Positions 61,667 to 64,000 of a stretch of DNA of 64,000 bases are shown here, in pieces. Source of the DNA: Cladosporium halotolerans (taxonomy: Eukaryota); NCBI RefSeq assembly GCF_011745625.1, contig NW_027191457.1, forward strand, positions 124,001-188,000, given 5' to 3'. The stretch's first letter is position 1, and each line of letters begins with the position of its first letter. A program made the position numbers and the translations under genes. A model generated the notes under the pieces. That model was not told where the DNA came from, did not search any database, and saw only the letters and a program-made list of their open reading frames with translations.

Positions 61667-63165
61667 CTAGTTGTACCATCCTCTGGCACCCATCTGAGTC
61701 TGCTGTTCTGCCTCCCGGTGGGCTATCATGGGCTCTTTATCACCATATGCCTTGACCAAGTTATGCCACGTCTCGTAATCGAGAGAGAAAATGGCCTGGT
61801 GCTTGCTTATATTGTTACGACGCTGTTCTTCTAGAGTTCGAGGTTTTTCTGGGCCTGGGCTAATGTCAGTCTCATGAAGCGCAAACGAGCAGGGAAAGCA
61901 TCTTACAGATAGTCGGCAAGCCGTCATCATCAGGCTTTACACCACAAGTGCCTTCTTTGATGAGGAAGCTGATGCGAAACAAATTCTCGACGGTCTGGCC
62001 AAAATCCTTCGGGTCGAGGGCATATTCTAGCAAGTTCGGACCTCCAGTTGCAGTGATTCGATGTTTCTTGAGGATCGCTTTACCCTTGTCCGTTTTGAGT
62101 TGTTCAAGATCCTCGATCCCTGCCCTTGTCAAGGCTTCATCGGCACATTCACAGTGCTTCGCCAGATCAGTGTGCAGTCGGCCACAGACCGCTTTCAAAT
62201 CGTTCTCGTTCGAGAGGTCAAGGTCTTCACCAGTGAGGTTTTCTGGACGTGCTTCCCGACCAGTCTCCCTGGTCTGTCGCGCGCGACGTTGCGTCTGCGT
62301 CCTCTGCTTTTTCTGCACAGACAGAGGACCTAGCAAGAAAGAAGGCACGGGAGGCCTCGAGTTGTAAGGAACGCAGGCGTGGCGACCAAGCAGTTCCCAG
62401 TCCAACGGCTCGCCAATTGGATCATCGTCACTTTCGTCATCGCTATACTGGCGATTTTGATTCCGTCTTCTACGGTTCTGCGTCGGAACAGGGTCACCCT
62501 CTACAGGTCCACCATTTCGCATGTACGTAATACATTTGGAAAGGAACTCATCCACATCCACTCCGCTGCTGGTGTCACCCAAGACAAGCTGGTTCGCTTT
62601 GCGATAAGCAAGATCTGACACATTGACTAGCAAACGAGAGTCTGAGGTGGCATCGTTCGTCTGCTTGATGCCGTTGAAGATATTATTCGCCTTCTCCACT
62701 GTCTCTGTGAGTCGCGAGTCGTTGGTCTTCAGGATCTCGTCGCGATTTTCTACCCCCGTCAGCCTCCCTTCAAAACAAAGTACTTGAGGTTGCTCACTCA
62801 CCGTTGAACTCTCGCTCTAATGCCCTGCTTTTACGCTTGATGTCCCTCCTCTCATCCGCATCTTGATTCGGATCGAAGTATCTCGTGAACCGATCGTCCG
62901 TCTCTTCCCCATCTTCATCAGGTGACGCAACCGCGGCCCTCGATTCGACGCGTCTACGCTTCTGGGCTCTCAAATGACCGTGGCTGTCTGCAGAATTTGG
63001 CGTAGGGAAACTATCGCGCGAAGGCATGTTGGAGCCGCGCTGCTTGCGGGTATCGCGTCGCGTGTTCGGGTCGCGATTTTCCTGATCGGAAGCAGTCGGC
63101 GCGGGTGTCTCAGAAGCGTATCGCGATGACGCTGCGGTGGATACTCTGTTGTTCACTCGCGCCAT
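61667..63165 (-). CDS. NSE4: Smc5/6 kleisin subunit Nse4; exons 63165-62802, 62749-61907, 61854-61667
   Basis: YFDPNQDADERR, IKQTNDATSDSRLLVNVSDLA, PSFLLGPLSVQKKQR, DPKDFGQTVENLFRISFLIKEG and KHQAIFSLDYETW...EPMIAHR. Confidence 0.93.
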
Positions 63166-63796
63166 TGCTCAAGAGTGAAGAGTGAGGTATTGTGTTACGC
63201 GAGAAAGTCGCTCCAGAGCCGGCTGTGTCGCGTCCAGGTCCGGTGAGAGGGCGCAGTGACTGCGGCGTGCTGAGGGACTCGCTAAAGTGAATGTGGCCTC
63301 GGTAGGCAGCATCAACAGCTGCACGCTCGAGCCACGCTCAATGGATGATGCGATCAATCTGTTGCGAAAGAATTGGACGAGACTATCACTACCGCGGGGC
63401 CATCACCAATTAATCGCGTGAAGACGCGCTCTGAGACGTAGGGCTTGGGGACACGGATTGCCCGAACGAGCCGACGCGATGTGCGCTAGTCCGGAATTGG
63501 CACGTAGCCTCACTTCATTGCTCGTTCAACCCTTCCCTTCCTGCCAACAGTGACTGCAACTGCAGTTGATCGAATGGCTCGAAAATGGAGTACAAAAAAC
63601 ATCACTCATTCGCGATATACACCAACAGTACGAATGATGCAGCCAGCAAAATGGGCAAATGTTTGGTCAACCGAACAGTTCCATATCGCTATCGAATTCC
63701 ATCCTCAAGACTCGTATCCACATAATGTTGCGCAGTCTCACAATGCATCCGTTCAACAACTGCTTGCTCAACGCAAGATTCTCGCAGCTCCTAAGT

Positions 63797-64000
63797 TCAG
63801 CACGCATTCCTGATCTGCGGGATTCTCACGCGCAGCTTCACTTCGCCACCTTGTCCATCGCTTGAATCCGAAGAATCTCCCGAATCATCCACCTCACCCT
63901 CATATGCTCCCACCAGCTCGCTCGACAGCGCCTCGCTCAACGCAACCTCCCTCTCAACCTCCTCCTCGGGATCAAAGAAGGAAACCGTAAACCTCCCATC
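63797..64000 (-). CDS. 3' end of an unidentified gene entering from the right edge
   Basis: Open frame DGRFTVSFFDPEEEVEREVALSEALSSELVGAYEGEVDDSGDSSDSSDGQGGEVKLRVRIPQIRNAC*, with the G-rich codon usage seen at other gene ends here. Confidence 0.55.
   Translation of the reverse strand, partial: DGRFTVSFFDPEEEVEREVALSEALSSELVGAYEGEVDDSGDSSDSSDGQGGEVKLRVRIPQIRNAC

Noticed and set aside
52142..63165. Functional cluster of chromosome genes (PDS5, NSE4, plus the distant kinesin-14, Nup98 and CM1 protein)
   Set aside because: They are interspersed with unrelated genes. Upstream CGCG/MCB-like motifs are expected in GC-rich DNA, so co-location may be chance.

Overview
Gene-dense, GC-rich genomic DNA from a filamentous ascomycete (Pezizomycotina, probably Dothideomycetes), judged from short GT-AG introns with CTRAC branch sites and typical fungal genes. 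Recognisable genes: a centrosomin/Mto1-type CM1-domain protein (partial), ERG27, a Dsc2-like protein, PAB1, a Kar3/KlpA kinesin-14, a multicopper oxidase, an UNC-93-like MFS protein, the Nup98-Nup96 precursor, an MDR-family oxidoreductase, an Ecl1-family protein, a PRISE-type SDR, PDS5, a type IIC (Na/K-like) P-type ATPase and NSE4, plus several hypothetical genes. The standout is a minus-strand tRNA-Ser(GCT) gene at 33571-33762. It is split into three exons by two spliceosomal-type introns (GTAAG donor, YTAAC branch site, CAG acceptor), one after tRNA position 10 and one in the variable arm. Removing both gives a complete 81-nt serine cloverleaf followed by oligo-T tracts. Secondary observations: recurrent C-rich to G-rich skew flips, a candidate in-frame exitron in the kinesin-14, a stop-containing intron in Nup98-96, an A-rich PAB1 leader with two introns, a 58-bp minisatellite, inverted telomere-like repeats and an accessory-looking gene block. 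All calls were read by eye, without database searches.
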